Shown here: positions 45,068-59,503 of the stretch, one piece after another
Layout of the letters: the number at the start of each line of letters is the position of its first letter
Numbering within the stretch: position 1 is the first letter of the stretch
Assembly (NCBI RefSeq): GCF_009914755.1
Contig: NC_060928.1
Strand: one strand, 5' to 3'
Length of the DNA stretch: 64,000 nt
DNA from: the human T2T-CHM13v2.0 reference genome, Homo sapiens
Notes under the pieces: model-generated
Told to the model about the DNA's origin: nothing
What the model saw: the letters and a program-made list of their open reading frames with translations, nothing else
Databases searched by the model: none
Translations under genes and position numbers: made by a program

Positions 45068-47747
45068 TCATTGTTTTTTTATTCCTTCAGCTACTCTGTG
45101 TCCTTTGAAGAACTGTGTCCATTTACATTCAATTTATAGATAAGTAAGGACTTACCCCTGCCATTTTGTGATTTGTTTTCTGGCTGTTTTGTGGTCTTCT
45201 CTTCCTTCTTTCTTTCCTTCATGTCTTTCTTTTTGCGAAGGTAATTTTCATTGGTGATATGATTTAGTTAGTTGCTTTTTATTTTTTGTGTCTCCATTGT
45301 ATGTTTTTTGATTTGAGGGTATCATGAAGCTTGCAAATACTACGTTATAACCCATTATTTTAAGCTGATAATAACACTGTTTGCATAAACAAACTAACAA
45401 AAAGAAAATTTACAAAGACTTCCTGCATTAACTTTGTGCCCCTGCTTTAAGTTTTTGTTACTATTTATATCTTATTGTAATATGTCTTGAAAAGTTGTTG
45501 TAGTTACTATGTTTGATTGGTAAGTCATTTAATCTTTCTCCTTAAATAACAGTAGTTTACACACCACATTTACAGTGCTATAATATTCTGTTTTTCTGCA
45601 GACTATTACTAGTGGATTTTGTACCTTCAGGTGATTATTTATTGCTCATTAATGTCCTTTTCTTTCTTATTAAAGTACTCCCTTTAGCATTTCTTGTAAA
45701 AAAAAAGTCTGATGTTGATGAAATCCCTCAACTTTTTTTTTGTCTAGGAAAGTCTTTATTTTTTCTTCATTCTTGAAGGATATTTTCACCAGATATACTA
45801 TTCTAGCATAAAAGTTCTCTTCCCTTCAGCACTTTAAATATTTCATTCCACTCTCTCTTGGCCTGTAAGGTTTCCACTGAAAAGGCTGCCACTAGATGTG
45901 TTGGAGCTCCATTATTTGTTTCTTTTCTCTTGCTGCTTTTTGGAACCTTTTTTTATCCTTGACCTTTGCAAGTTGAATTACCAGATGCCTTGAGTTAGTC
46001 TTCTTTGCATGAAATCTGCTTGGTGTTCTGTAACCTTCTTGTACTTGGATACTGATATCTTTCTCTAGGTTTAGGAAGCTCTCTGTTATTATCCCTTTGA
46101 ATAAAGTTTCTATGCATATCTCTTTCTCTACATACTCTTTAAAGCCAATAACTCTTAGATTTGCCCTTTTGAGGCTATTTTCTAGATCCTGTAGGCATGC
46201 TTCATGGTTTTTTATTCTTTTTGCTTTTGTCTCCTCTGACTGTATTTTCAAATAGCCTGTTTTCAAGCTTGCTGATTCTTTTTTCTGCTTGATCAACTCT
46301 GCTATTGAACGAGTCTGATGATTTCTTCAGCATGCCAGCTGCATTTTTCAACTCCAGAATTTCTGCATGATCCTTTTTAATTATTTTAATCTCTTTGTCA
46401 AATTCATCTGATAGAATCCTGAATTTCTTCTCTGTGTTATCTTGAATTTCTTTGGGTTTCCTCAAACAGCTATTTTGAGTTCTCTGTCTGAAAGGTCACA
46501 TATCCCTGTTTCTCCAGGCTTGGTTTCTGGTGCCTTATTTAGTTTATTCATTGAAGTCATGTTTTCCTGGATTGTCTGGATACTTGTAGGTGTTCATTTG
46601 TGTCTGGCCATTGAAGAGTTAGGTATTTATTGTAGTCTTTGCAGTCTGGGCTCTTTATACCCATTCTTCCTGGGAAGGCTTTCCAGATATTCAAAAGGAC
46701 TTGGGTGTTATGATCTAAGCTATATCTGCTTTAGAGAGGACCCCCAAGACCAGTAACACTATGATTCTTGCAGACTCATAGAGGTACTGCCTTGATAGTC
46801 TTGGACAAGATCCAGAAGAATTATCTGGATTACCGGAGACTCTGGTTCTCTTCCTTTACTTTGTCCCAGTCTCTCTCTGTGCTGAGCCACCTGGAGCTAG
46901 AGGTGGAATGACACAAGCACCCCTGTAGCCATCACCCCTAGAACTGTGCTGGGTCAGACCTGAAACCAGCAGAGCACTGGGTCTTGCCCAAGCCCTGCTG
47001 TAACCACTCTTTGGCTACCAGCTATGTTCATTCAAGGCCCTGAAGATCTGCAATTAGCTGGTGACAGAGCCAGCCAGGCCTATGTTCTTCCCTTGAGGGT
47101 GATGAGTTTCTCCAAGCCCAAGCTCCAGGAGGGTCCAGAGGTGCCATTCAGGAGCCAGAAACTAGAGTCAAAAATCTTAGAAGTCTACCTGGTGTTCTAT
47201 TGTACTGTGGCTAAGCTGGCACTCAAACCACAAGACGCAGCGCTTCCCATGCTTCCCTCCCCTTTCCAAATGCAGCGAGCCTCACCTCATGGCCACGGCC
47301 ACCTCAGGCCCACAGGGAGTACTGCCAGACTACCACCATGTTCCCTTTAGGCTCAAGGGCTCTTCAGTCAGCTTGTGTTGAATGCTGCCTGGCCTGGGAC
47401 TCACCCTTTAGAGCAGTGAGGTCCCTTCTGGCCTAAGGCAAGTCCAGAAATGCCATCTAAAAACCAAGTCCTGAAATCAGGTACCGTGAGAGCCTACTTG
47501 GTTTTCTACCCAGCTGTAGGGCCTACCTTATATAAACTTTTTATCCAGGATAGCTTTCTTTTTTGTCTTTGGGACAGTATTGTAACTAAGCAAAAAGATA
47601 AGCGGATTTAATTTTTCTTATTAGTCATTTAAGATTTTTATTTGCCTTTTATAAGGAGTCTTTAATTTAAAATACTGAAATACTTTAGAAGCTTCTGCAT
47701 ATCAGTAGGCATCCATAGATGAGAGTAATTTGGAAAGCTTCATTTTC

Positions 47748-50573
47748 TTTTCTTTTTTTTTAATTTCAACTTTTATTTTAAATACAGGGTACATGTACAG
47801 ATTTGTTACATAGGAATATTGTATGATGCTGAAGTTTGGAGTACAGGTTCCCTCACCCTGGTAGTAAGCATAATATAGTACTCAATAGGTAGTTTTTCAA
47901 CCCACCCACTCCCAAGCTCGAGTAGTCCACAGTGTCTATCGTTCTAATATTTATGTCCATGTGTTCTCAATGCTTAGCTCCCAATTAGAAGGAAGAACAT
48001 GCAGTTTTGAATTTTCTGTTTCTGCATTAATTTGCTGAGGATTATGGCCTCCAGCTCCATCCATGTTGCTGCAAAGGCCATGATTTCATTTTTTTATAAC
48101 TGTGTACTATTCCGTGGTGTGTATATACAGCATTTTCTTTATTCAATCCACCACTGATGGGCAGCTAGGTTGATCCCATGTCTTTGCTAGTGTGAATAGT
48201 GCAACAATGAACAGAAAAGTGCATGTGTCTTTTTGGTAGAATGATTTATTTTCTTCTGGGTGTAAACCTAGTAATGGTATGGCTGAGATGAATGGTAGCC
48301 CTGTTTTAGGTTCTTTGAGAAATCTCCAGATTGCTTTCCACAGTGGCTAAACTAATTTAAATTCCCACTAACAATGTATAAGTGTCCACTTTTCTCCACA
48401 TCTTCACCAGCATCTGTTGTTTTTTGGATTTTTAGTAACAGCCATTCTGACTGGTGTGAGATTTTATCTCACTGTCAGTTTGATTTGCATTTCTCTGATG
48501 ATTAGTGATGCTGAGCATTTTTTCATGTTTGTTGGTGACTTGTATGACGTCTTTTGAGAAGTATGTGTTCATGTCCTTTGCCCATTTTTTAATGAAGTTA
48601 TTTGGTGTTTTGCCTGTTGATTTGTTCAAGCTCCCTATAGATTCTGGATACTAGGCCATTGTTGGATGCATAGTTTGCAGATATCGTCTCTCATTCTGCA
48701 GGTTGTCTGTTTGCTTTGTTCATAGTTTCTTTTGTTGTGCAGAAGCTTTTTAGTTTAATTAGATCCTTTTTGTCTTGTTGTTGTTGTTGTTGCAATGGCT
48801 TTTCATACTTAGCTAAAAATTTTTTACCAAGGCTGACTTTGAGATAAGTATTTCCTAGGTTGTCTTCCAGGATCTTTACAGTTTGAGGACCTTCATTGAA
48901 ATCTTTAATTCATTTTGAGTTAATTTTTGTATATGGTGAAAGGTAGGGGTCTGGTTTCATTCTTCTGCATACGGCTAACTAGTTATCTCAGCAACATTTA
49001 TTGAATGGGAAGTGCTTTCCCCATGGCTTGTTTTTCTCAGCCTTGTTGAAGATCAGATTGTGGTAGGTGTGCATCTTTATTTCTGAGTTTTCTATTCTCT
49101 TCCATTTGTCTTTGTCTGTTTCTGTACCAGTACTAAGTTGTTTTGGTTACTGTAGCCTTATAGTAGTAGTGTAGTAGTAGGAGTAGTAGTGTAGCCTTAT
49201 ATAGTGTAGCCTTGAAGTTGGGTAATGTGATACCTCTGGCTTCATTCTTTTGCTTAGGATAGCTTTGGCTATTGGGGCTCTTTTTCAGTTCCATATTTAT
49301 TTTAGAATCATTTGTTCTGTGAAAAATGGCTTTGGTAGTTTGATAGGAATAGTGTTGAATCTTTAACTTGCTTTGGACAGTATGGCCATTTTTACGAAAC
49401 TGATTCTTCCAATTCATCGGCATGGAATGTTTCCCCATTTATGTCATCTCTGATCTCCTTCTGCAATGTTTTGTAGTTCTCTTTGTAGAGATCTTTCACC
49501 TCCTTGGCTACCTGTATTCCTAGATATTTCATTTTCTTTTGGCTATTGTAAATGGGATTATGTTCTTGATTTCACTCTCAGCCTGGACTTTGTTGGCATA
49601 TAGAAAATGCTACTGATTTTTATACAATGATTTTGTAACCTGAAACTTTACTAAAGGTGTTTATCTATTCTAGGAGACTATTGGCAAAGTCTTTAGGATT
49701 TTCTAGGTATAGAATTATGTTATCAGCAAACAGGGAGAGTTTGACTTCCTTTCCTATTTGGATGCCTTTTATTTCTTTCTCTTGCCTGATTGTTCCAGCT
49801 ATGACTTCCAGTACTGTGTTGAACATGAGTGGTAAGAGTGTGCATCTTGGTTCTGTTCCAGTTCTCAAAGGGAATGCTTCAAGCTATTGTCCACTTAGTA
49901 TGATGTTGGCTGTGGGTTTGTCATAGATGGCTCTTATTATTTTGAAGTATGTTCCTTCATTGCCTAGTCTGTTGAGGGTTTTTAACATGAAGGGATGTTG
50001 GATTTCATCAAAAGCTTTTTCTGCATCTATTGAGAAGATAATTTCATTTTTGCTTTTGATTCTGCTTATGTAGTGAATCACATTTATTCATTTGCATATG
50101 TTGAACCAGCCTTGCATTCCAGGAATAAAGCTTACTTGATCATGTTTTACTAACTTTTCAATATGCTGCTGGATTTGATTTTCTAGTATTTTGTTGAGGA
50201 TTTTCAGGTCTATATTCATGAGAGATATTGGTCTAAAGTTTCCTTTATTAATTGTGTCTCTGCCAGATTTGGGTACCAGGCTGATGCTGGCTTCATAGAA
50301 TATATTAGAAAGGAACCCCTCCTCTTTGATTTTTTGAATAATTTCAGTAGGATTGGTATCAGTTCTTTGTATGTCTGGTAGAATTCAGCTGTGAATCCAT
50401 CTGAGCCAGGGCTTTTTTTGGTTAGTAGGTTCTTAATTACTGATTCAATTTCAGAAGTCGATAGTGGTCTATTCAGGTTTTCAATCTCTTCCTGATTCAG
50501 TCTTGGAAGATTGTGTCCTTCCAGGAATTTACCTACTTCCTCTAGATTTTCTAATTTGTGTGCATAGGGTTGT
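47748..50573 (-). mobile_element. 5'-truncated L1PA15/16-like LINE-1 (~2.8 kb)
   Basis: 3' end TTTCAACTTTTATTTTAAATACAGGGTACATG; RT motif [16 protein letters not shown]; TSD-like AGC(C)YTCATTTTC at both ends. Confidence 0.88.
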
Positions 50574-51232
50574 GAGCCCTCATTTTCAACTGCACTTCTT
50601 CAAGTGCAGTGTTGTTTCTTTGGAATGTTCCATTGTAATTTTAAATTACCTTTAGTAAGATTTTGCTATTTCTAAAAGTGTTTGCTGTTTCCAGAACCTA
50701 ATACTTACACATGTAAGTGTGGGCATAATCAGAAGATACATTACTCAGTTCTTAAGAAAATAAGGATCCCATTTTTATCTTGAATCTTAGCTTTAATTCT
50801 CAGATCCTCTTAATCAACTTAGCCAATAATTTTTTCCTACCTCAGCACACAAGAAAAACAAAGGAGGTAGAACACAAAAATCCCTATAAATTTCCAAAAC
50901 CAAAGTTTGCATCCCCTGAAATATTGCCATTTTCTACTGGTTTCTGTCTGAACCATTCAGACATAAGAGGCCTGTAACTAGATCCAAGCCAGTTAATTAT
51001 CAGATTCTGGACCCAATTCAGTTTTTTTGTGACTTCCAAACCTAGTTTCGATCAGAAATTTGCTCAAACAAACTCAGAAAGCTCAAAACACAAATATGTG
51101 GAGCTTTGAATTCTGAGAGAGAACTTACCATCATCCCCAGTTGCTGTGAAAGAGCAATGGACACAATGGGCCCTGCAGGTACCTCGCTTGGTCACTTGAT
51201 GCTCCTGGGGGTCACTGAAAGCTCTAATTCGG

Positions 51233-51250
51233 ATCCCACTTCTGACACCA
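51233..51250 (-). other. Primer-binding site complementary to tRNA-Leu(CAA)
   Basis: Plus strand ATCCCACTTCTGACACCA equals the 3' 18 nt of tRNA-Leu-CAA as I recall it; 2 nt from the 5' LTR. Confidence 0.85.
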
Positions 51251-51252
51251 TC

Positions 51253-51664
51253 TGTTTAAAAAAAAAAAAAGCCTTAGACAAATTAAACTTCACAGAGTTT
51301 AACTGAGCAAAGAATGATCTGTGAATCTGGCATCTGGCAGCCTCCTTAGCCAGAGTAAGCTCAGAGAGACTCCAGTGCAGCCACGTGGTGGAAGATTTAC
51401 GGTCACAAAAAGGAAAGTGACATACAGAAAATGGAAGTGAGGTACACAAACAGCCAGATTGGTTACAGCTCAACATTTGCCTTATTTGAACATGTTTTGA
51501 ACAGTTGGCTGCCTCTGACTGGCCAAAACTTGGTGACTGGCACAAGAGTAGGTTACTGTCTATTTAAACTTCCATTGAGGTTACTGTTCACTATGTACAG
51601 AGAAATCTTTATGCCAAACTTAAAGTATGTAAGGAAGCAACTTTAGGATAAACTTGATTTAACA
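51253..51664 (-). mobile_element. 5' LTR (MER57A/B-like)
   Basis: TG...CA termini; collinear with 32484-32881; CCAAT box (GATTGG) and ATTAAA-region homology. Confidence 0.9.
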
Positions 51665-52711
51665 ATATTACATGTGAATATGTGTATATACACATGTGTC
51701 TTTGTGAATATAAATATAAATCTATCTATATATATTCTCTAAGATATTGGCACTTCTAATAAAGTGGTTATTAAATAATATTTAAAGATAAAAACAATGA
51801 ATTTGATTAGTTTAGAAAGCAGAGAAAGTTAACAGAGCAATTCTAACACAAATATAGTTGCTTATCATTTTCAGTGTGAAATTAGAGTCAACAAACCCAT
51901 GATTTTCTTAGTATTCACTCACTCTATATCTGTGTACAAGTAATTGGCTTATTATATTAAAGTTGCTTTTTACTTCATTTTATGTTAACTCTAAAAAACT
52001 GTTAATTGTGGAGTTTTTAAATGTTGTTCAATTTCTTTTCATTTTAATAATAATATTGTTAATGTTATCATTGCTTCTATTTTCTATGTGCCTAACATTT
52101 CTCTAGAGTTGAGCAGGCCTTATCTTCCACTTTATAGTGACAGTAAATTCATTTGTGAATGGGGAAGATTTTCATTTATGCAGATGGGCTTGAGATAGAC
52201 AAATAGATACTCAAAGAGAACAACAGAGAAATACACAAGAATATACACAATATTTATACTAATTTATCATCTATTTACAGAATGATAGACATTGCCATTG
52301 AGTTCATATGCTAGATACATTGAGTTTATCTATTTATATATCATTTAAAAAACAGAATGGAAATCTTCCTATATACAGTAAACCTTTCCCTGCCCTCTAA
52401 ATCAGGATATTCCACCCATAATTTGCTTATCTCATTGTGCTCTAATACATTGACACTCACAGAATATAGGACAGTTGTATCTACATTAGATGGTTCCAGT
52501 TAGTGATGCTAATGTTCTTGTTCAGCTTTTCATAGGTGTTTATTTCTTCAACTTTAGAGACAGAGTTCAAGATATTAGTCATTTCTTGCTGCTATTCTCT
52601 GCCAGATAAGTCAATGTAGTACAATGTGAGAGTCTAGGCTTTGCATCCAGATAGACCTGAGATTAAATCCTGATCAACTCTTTACTAGTTATATGGCTTG
52701 TCTGACTGTAA

Positions 52712-53064
<353 letters not shown>

Positions 53065-53719
53065 TGGGCTTTCAATAGATATGTGTCTCTTGCCACTACC
53101 CTCTACAACACCCACAACACCCAACACCCACCCACATTCATCCCCTTTTCATGCTTTCCTTCCTGTCATCTGTGAACTGGGCAACTACATAACGAAGAAG
53201 ATTTGAATTATATCTAAACCAAAATCCAGTTATTATAATAGAAGTATTTATTTATTCTGAGTGTACACTATTAATTAGCAAAACAAAGAACATAAGCCTA
53301 AAGGCTAACCTATTTGGACCTTTAGGTGGGTAATATTTGAGATGGTCCTTGAAAGTTGATAGGATTTAGACTGAAAGACATATGTAGAGAAGCATTCTGT
53401 ACAGAGGAAACTGTTTCAGGCCTAAAGCACAGCATAGAACAAGGAATGATTCAATTTATCTGGAATATAGGGTGTATGTGGTAGAAGATAAAACTCAAGA
53501 ATGAATATAGGCCTGTTTTGTCAAGGATTCTGAGCACCAGGTTAAGAAGTTTAATTTGATGGAAAATAGGAGTTACTGATATTTCCTAAGCAAAGGACTT
53601 TTGTTTTAGGAGGATTTCTCTGTGTTAGCATTTGGGATATATTAGTGCTGGGAGAAACAAAAGTGAGGAGGTCATTTAGAAAGTTATTAGAGTGGTTCAA
53701 GCAAAAAGTAACAAAGACT

Positions 53720-54075
53720 AACTCTCACACATTACTAGTGGTAATGTAAGTCAGTACAATCTCTATGACAGGCAACTTGGCAATCTCTACCAACATTACA
53801 AACGCACATACCATTTTCCTTAGCCATTCCACTTCTAAGAATTTATCCTCAGATATATTTTCGAATGAGTGAAGTGATGCATATACCAAGTTATTCATAA
53901 TAGCATAAAACCTTAATAAGAACTTGAATAACTTACAGCACATTCACAGTAACAGAATTACAGCATATATATATATAATAAGAATGGGGAAGTCCCTTAT
54001 GTACTGATTAAAACAATCTCTAAGATGTATTAAATTTTTAAAAATTAATATATTAAATTGTGTACCATTTGCTTC
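53720..54075 (+). mobile_element. L1ME-like fragment
   Basis: CTAGTGGTAATGTAAGTCAGTACAATC...GCCATTCCACTTCTAAGAATTTATCCT. Confidence 0.6.
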
Positions 54076-54112
54076 CATCTGTGTTTTAAAAATAAAAGAA
54101 AATTCTGGAAGA

Positions 54113-54114
<2 letters not shown>

Positions 54115-54155
<41 letters not shown>
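54115..54155. repeat. (CA)n microsatellite, ~20 units
   Basis: Uninterrupted ACAC run. Confidence 0.97.
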
Positions 54156-54157
<2 letters not shown>

Positions 54158-56946
54158 TTATATCTGTGGCTTCTTGTTGAATCCAAAATAAATATTAAAA
54201 GAAATAAGGCCTAAAGTCAAAGTGGTACCTATAATATTGGAGAGATAACTTATTAGAAGTTGATAGTGGGGGAAAATTTATAAAGAAAGAATATGGACTT
54301 AGAAGAACAGAAATTTGTAGAAAGCCTAGTATTGAATAGTATTATGCCATGTTATGGCATGAAGCAGATGAGTGTAGATTTGCGTGCTTTAAGCAGAAAG
54401 AAAATTTAAGAAATCATGTTTGCAGAATATAATTGTCATCCCAATTTTGCCAAACAGGCACCAAAATGCTTGGAGATTTATTGTTTCACCCAAAGTCACA
54501 CAAGTGATGACACAGTAAAAACAAAAAACTTCTTTCAAAGTTTTATCTAAAGCTCCAATGGCATAGATATTTAGACAAGTATAGACAATTGCCTTCACAG
54601 CTGGAAGTGCCCTCTTCCTCCCTCACCAGTTACCCATGTACCTTCCCTAACAAGGTGAATTTTCTTATTCAGCAGGAAATATTCCCTAGACATTAGTGTT
54701 TAATGAAACCATTTATTAAAATCCGTGTAATTCTTTCAAAATTCTAACATATCCGAGGCTTGCCTGATTCTGATAATAATATTCAAGCAAAGATTTTTAG
54801 AAAATTTTCTTTAAGTCAGTATGAAATTTTGACATTTAGTCAAGATTGAATCTATGGTTCAGATTTCATAACCTCATTAAGTCTCCTTGTGCCTCTTATG
54901 TGCAGTTCTGGGTACTTACTATTATGTGGAAGGGTTAACATTTTTAGAAAGGAAACATTTATAAACCCTAGTTCTTTTTAACAAGCTGATTTAGCTAGTT
55001 CCTAAGATAATTTACTTTCAGAAAGTATAACCCTTTACTACATAACAGTATTAACTTATAGATTGATTTATCTATCAATAAGTTATTTAAGGGAGTTATA
55101 ATTTAAAGCAATAACAAAAAATAATACACCAAATGTGAATCTACCACTGCAAAATTTTTAATAGATACATGGTTTAGTTACAGTCTTTTATGAACTTCTC
55201 ACCTTTTATCCCCAGAGTTAGAAACTTCTATCAGGGTATTATTCTCACTGCAGCTGAAACAGCCCTCCAGATGCCAGCAGCTTTGGCAGTAGGTGTCCTC
55301 TAGTGCTGACTCATAAAGGTTTGAAATTTTTTATATTTCTGGTCTTTCCCCCATCTCTGCAGAGATGCCTTTCTAGGTATTTTGCTTTTAATTAAGTCTT
55401 TATACAGTACCTTAGCTGACTCTTGTATCTGGGTCAGTCTTCTCATCCCTGCAAAGCCCTGGGAAAACTACTTCACTGAGGTTATCTTTGTGACAAACTT
55501 TACTTCTTAAAATTTCTTATTTCAATCAAAACAGATGTGGCTTGCATAGGCCCAGTCAAGCCCTAGTATATTCTCTCTAATAAAGGAACAGTTCATGGGT
55601 GACTTTGTTAATACTTAGCAAGTGTTCATTCTTTAGCATTGTTCTTTTTGTCCTTTGAGTCTTTACTCTCTACTTAAAGAACTGGGTTTCTGAACCAAAT
55701 TAGTACTCTCAAAATTTGTCAACACTTCACAAACCCCTTCATTAGAGGGGCTGTCTTAAAATAAATAAATTTTTTAAAACTGTAAATGTTTGAATATTTA
55801 GAAACTTAACAACAATTAATCACTAGCTTTTTCAAACCCAGCATTTTTAAATCACAAAATAAATATATTTGTTTGGTATTTTGATAACCCTCTCCCCCCA
55901 GAGTGAATTCAGCCTTATGAGCAAATATAGTTAATTGAAACCTCTTAGTAGTGAAGCTGATCTTTGTGATTACCTAAATTTAATTCATTCACATATGAGC
56001 CAAAATCAAATTTTCATGTAGGTCAATTTTCTGGAAAGTTTTTGAAGTTAAACACATTTAGAGATGTTTAATTTAATGCTCTTCCTATATCTATTATATT
56101 GTGGAGGGAGTGATTTAAAACAAAGAAGCAAAATGCTTCCTGCTGGAAAATAAAGATGTTTTCATTGCAAAATTAATATAACCTTTGTGCTATGCTGCTG
56201 CTTAAAAAAGGATGTCTATTAATTAATCATTTTTAAATCTATCATAAGAAGTAACTGTATTCATTATTCTGTCACTTTCTAACACTAAAGGAAGAAGAAC
56301 AGCTGTTGTCTGGCCTCTAACTAACTGCAATGGGGTCTTTCAGAATAATACAGAAAGAACATTAGAACAGCATGAGCAAGATACACAATTCAAAATTAAT
56401 CGAAAATTGGTGATCTGAGAACTGGAGATGTTCTCATGACATGTAAATATTTGTTCAGCAGCTAAAGTAATAGCAATGCATTAAACCAATAGAATTACTT
56501 TTGACACCTAACAGAAATGTTAATTGATCATCAATCTTTAGCTCGTAATAAAAGGGCTGAACTTGCAGTTCTGAAAGTATAGCCAGAAAAATTATGTGAG
56601 AGACATAAATGTTATAAAAAAGACAAACTGCTCCAAGCTAAATTGCTTTAAATTACATTGACCTCATCACTGTACCTTTGAAACCTGTCTCTAATTGAGA
56701 GCAATTGATTTACCCTTCCAACTTTCCTTTAAAGCCTATCAGATCCCAAATTCTAAATGTTAAGAACCCTTTGCCAAAGTATTCTGCAATTGAGCTTTCC
56801 TTTGAGATTCTTAAGTGATGACTAAGGCACGAGCCAGGTAGAAAAACAGTACTCAGTGAATTTAAACCTTAGAAATTAAGGTGACATCTTTTGTCTCCCC
56901 CTGGAGAAGGTGATAAAGTGAAAGAAATTTTTAGCATAAGACCATT

Positions 56947-58327
56947 GTAATTACACAAAAACATGAAAGATAATAGACACCAAAATGAGCTGTGAGAGGG
57001 ACAAACATGCCAAAATTTCTAACACCTACCCACACCCAGAATAAAAATGTCAAGTTCCTGGAAATTAAGGAGGATTTGTGGGGAGGATTTTTGGAAAGAG
57101 TTGTGCTGTGTGTTGAGCATGATCCCACCACCCTCTATCCACGGGAGAACAGAGGGGTCATTGCCTGCTCTGCTGCTCAGCTGAGCTCTGGCTTGAGGGT
57201 CACTGAGACCATCAGAGAGCTTGAGAGGTGTTTCCTGCAGGAGGGGGACACAGTAGGTTGTTGTCTGCCTTACAACTAATAAATCCAAAGTATGAGAGAG
57301 AGATTGGCTAAAGTGGTATCAGAAGAAGAAATAACCACATATAAGAATTATGTGCCCTTTTTTCCAAAGACAGATCAAAGGCTCCCAAATCCCAGGGCCC
57401 AAATGTGCAACTCTTAAAAGGAATATTAGCCTAGGATCCTTTTAAAAGGGACCCTGCTGGGCCGGGCACGGTGTTTCACACCTGTAATCTCAGCACTTTG
57501 GGAGGCCAAGGCAGGTGGATCACGAGGTCAAGAGATTGAGACCATCCTGGCCAACATGGTGAAACCCCGTCTCTACTAAAAATACAAAAATTAGCTGGGT
57601 GTGGTGGCACGCTCCTGTAGTCCCAGCTACTCAGAAGGCTGAGGTAGGAGAATCACTTGAACCCGGGAGGCAGAGGTTGCAGTGAGCCTAGATTGCACCA
57701 CTGCACTCCAGCCTGGTGACAAAGTGAGACTCCATCTCAAAAAAAAAAAAAAAAAAAGCGGGGGGACCCTGCTCAAGAGGGTTCCTGATAAAAGACTAGG
57801 GGAGTCACTGGCTACCAAAGGAAGTTGTACTGATGGGGCCCAGAAGTGATGACTCCAAAGATCTCAGATGATTTTAAACATATGCATATGACAGTATCAG
57901 TTGAGTAATAATTCCCTGCATCCTTTTCACTCCTTCATCTCCATGTCCCAGATACTAAGGGATCAGAAACCTCAGTAAGCAAGTAGAGTAAAATCACCCA
58001 CTGGAGAACAGAGCATTGATCAGACTTTCTTCCCAGCCTCTCTTGCAAATTCTCTCCTGCACCAGGTCTCAGGAGGATGAGAGGAGCAGATTTAATATTG
58101 CAACAAGTTTGGAATTTTTATTGTTCTTTGAACCAAAAGATTTAAACTACTAAATCAAGACTTAAAGCTACATGGCAACTTTCTGTCACCTAAGAGATTA
58201 GGGAGGCCATTCTGCAAGGGAAAACTACCCATACTGAACAAATTTTAAAGGGACAGTGGGAAAAAGAAGTAAGATTGCTTTAGTAATAATATCCCATGAA
58301 TCCTAATTATTTAACATATGAGCTACA
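56947..58327 (+). mobile_element. Old LTR (LTR78-like), split by an Alu
   Basis: TGTAA...CTACA termini; 3' end AAAGGGACAGTGGG...ATCCCATGAATCCT...AACAT recalls LTR78. Confidence 0.4.
57459..57757 (+). mobile_element. Alu (AluSc-type)
   Basis: GGATCACGAGGTCAAGAGATTGAGACCATCCTGGCC; polyA; GGGACCCTGCT repeated at both flanks. Confidence 0.95.
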
Positions 58328-59223
58328 TAATTATTTTTAAGATTATTTCATTCATTTTATATTCAGATTTTTATACCATGAATATACATAGAAATATAAA
58401 ATTTCTAAGAATGAAATAAAAAGATTTTTAAATGTCTTGCTAATCACAGTAGCCTCACATTATGATTAACAGATGTAAATCCATATTTCAAATACTCTTC
58501 TTCAAACTTTTGAAATTTGGGAGCCTACTATTGTTAAATGTGATTATATCATCACTGTTTTCATCGCATTAGGGGCTGACAAGGGTTCAGACTAGAAGGA
58601 GCACAGGGGTTGGCTCTGGCACTTTCCTTTCCTTCACTTGTGCTTTCATTATTATTAACAGCATTCACTATGAACCATGGTTTCTTATAATCTTTTTAAG
58701 GCGCTTGGACTTTTTGTGATGGTTAGCCTAATTAAAGCTAGAAAGTACAGTCCGTAAATCTGTGTAACTAGGCTCTCATAAACTGCCATGTACTATAATA
58801 CACTGCAAGTAAAGTGAACGATGTGCCTGTGTCAAGGAGTCCCCTTGAGGAACTCCTTCTCTTCCCTCAGGCTTGCCCACATCCCAGAAGAGGGCTTAGT
58901 GAGAAACTTCAGAAGGCAACGACTCAAAGCCCCTCACTTTTATGGACCCCTTCCACAGCTTGTTTGGGACCACTGTTTCTTTCCATTCCACTTTCCCTTG
59001 TATCAAACATCCCCTTAGGACAGGTAGGGTTGGAATAGCAGCGGGCATCTTTTTGGATCTAATTAGAAGAGGGATACAGTTAGTTGGGTTCACAATGCAA
59101 ATAAAGCATTTGGAATTTGTATGATGACCTGATGAAAAAACATGCCACAATGTGCATTTTATTAATTGTTTTTTATAAATAAAGCAGATAGAGGCAGCTA
59201 CAGTCTGGATTAAAAGTAGAGAA

Positions 59224-59503
<280 letters not shown>

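Larger units (their letters stand above)
38556..47517 (-). mobile_element. Near full-length L1MA1-3-like LINE-1 inside the provirus
   Basis: 3' end GTGGGTATATAGTAGGTGTATATGGGGTACATGAGATG; ORF2 fragments (41718-44703), ORF1 fragments (45892-46465); TSD-like AGGGCCTAC at 38544-38552 and 47518-47526. Confidence 0.88.

Noticed and set aside
51229-51250. tRNA gene (also 30242-30259)
   Set aside because: Only the 3' ~18-22 nt including CCA, next to an LTR: primer-binding sites
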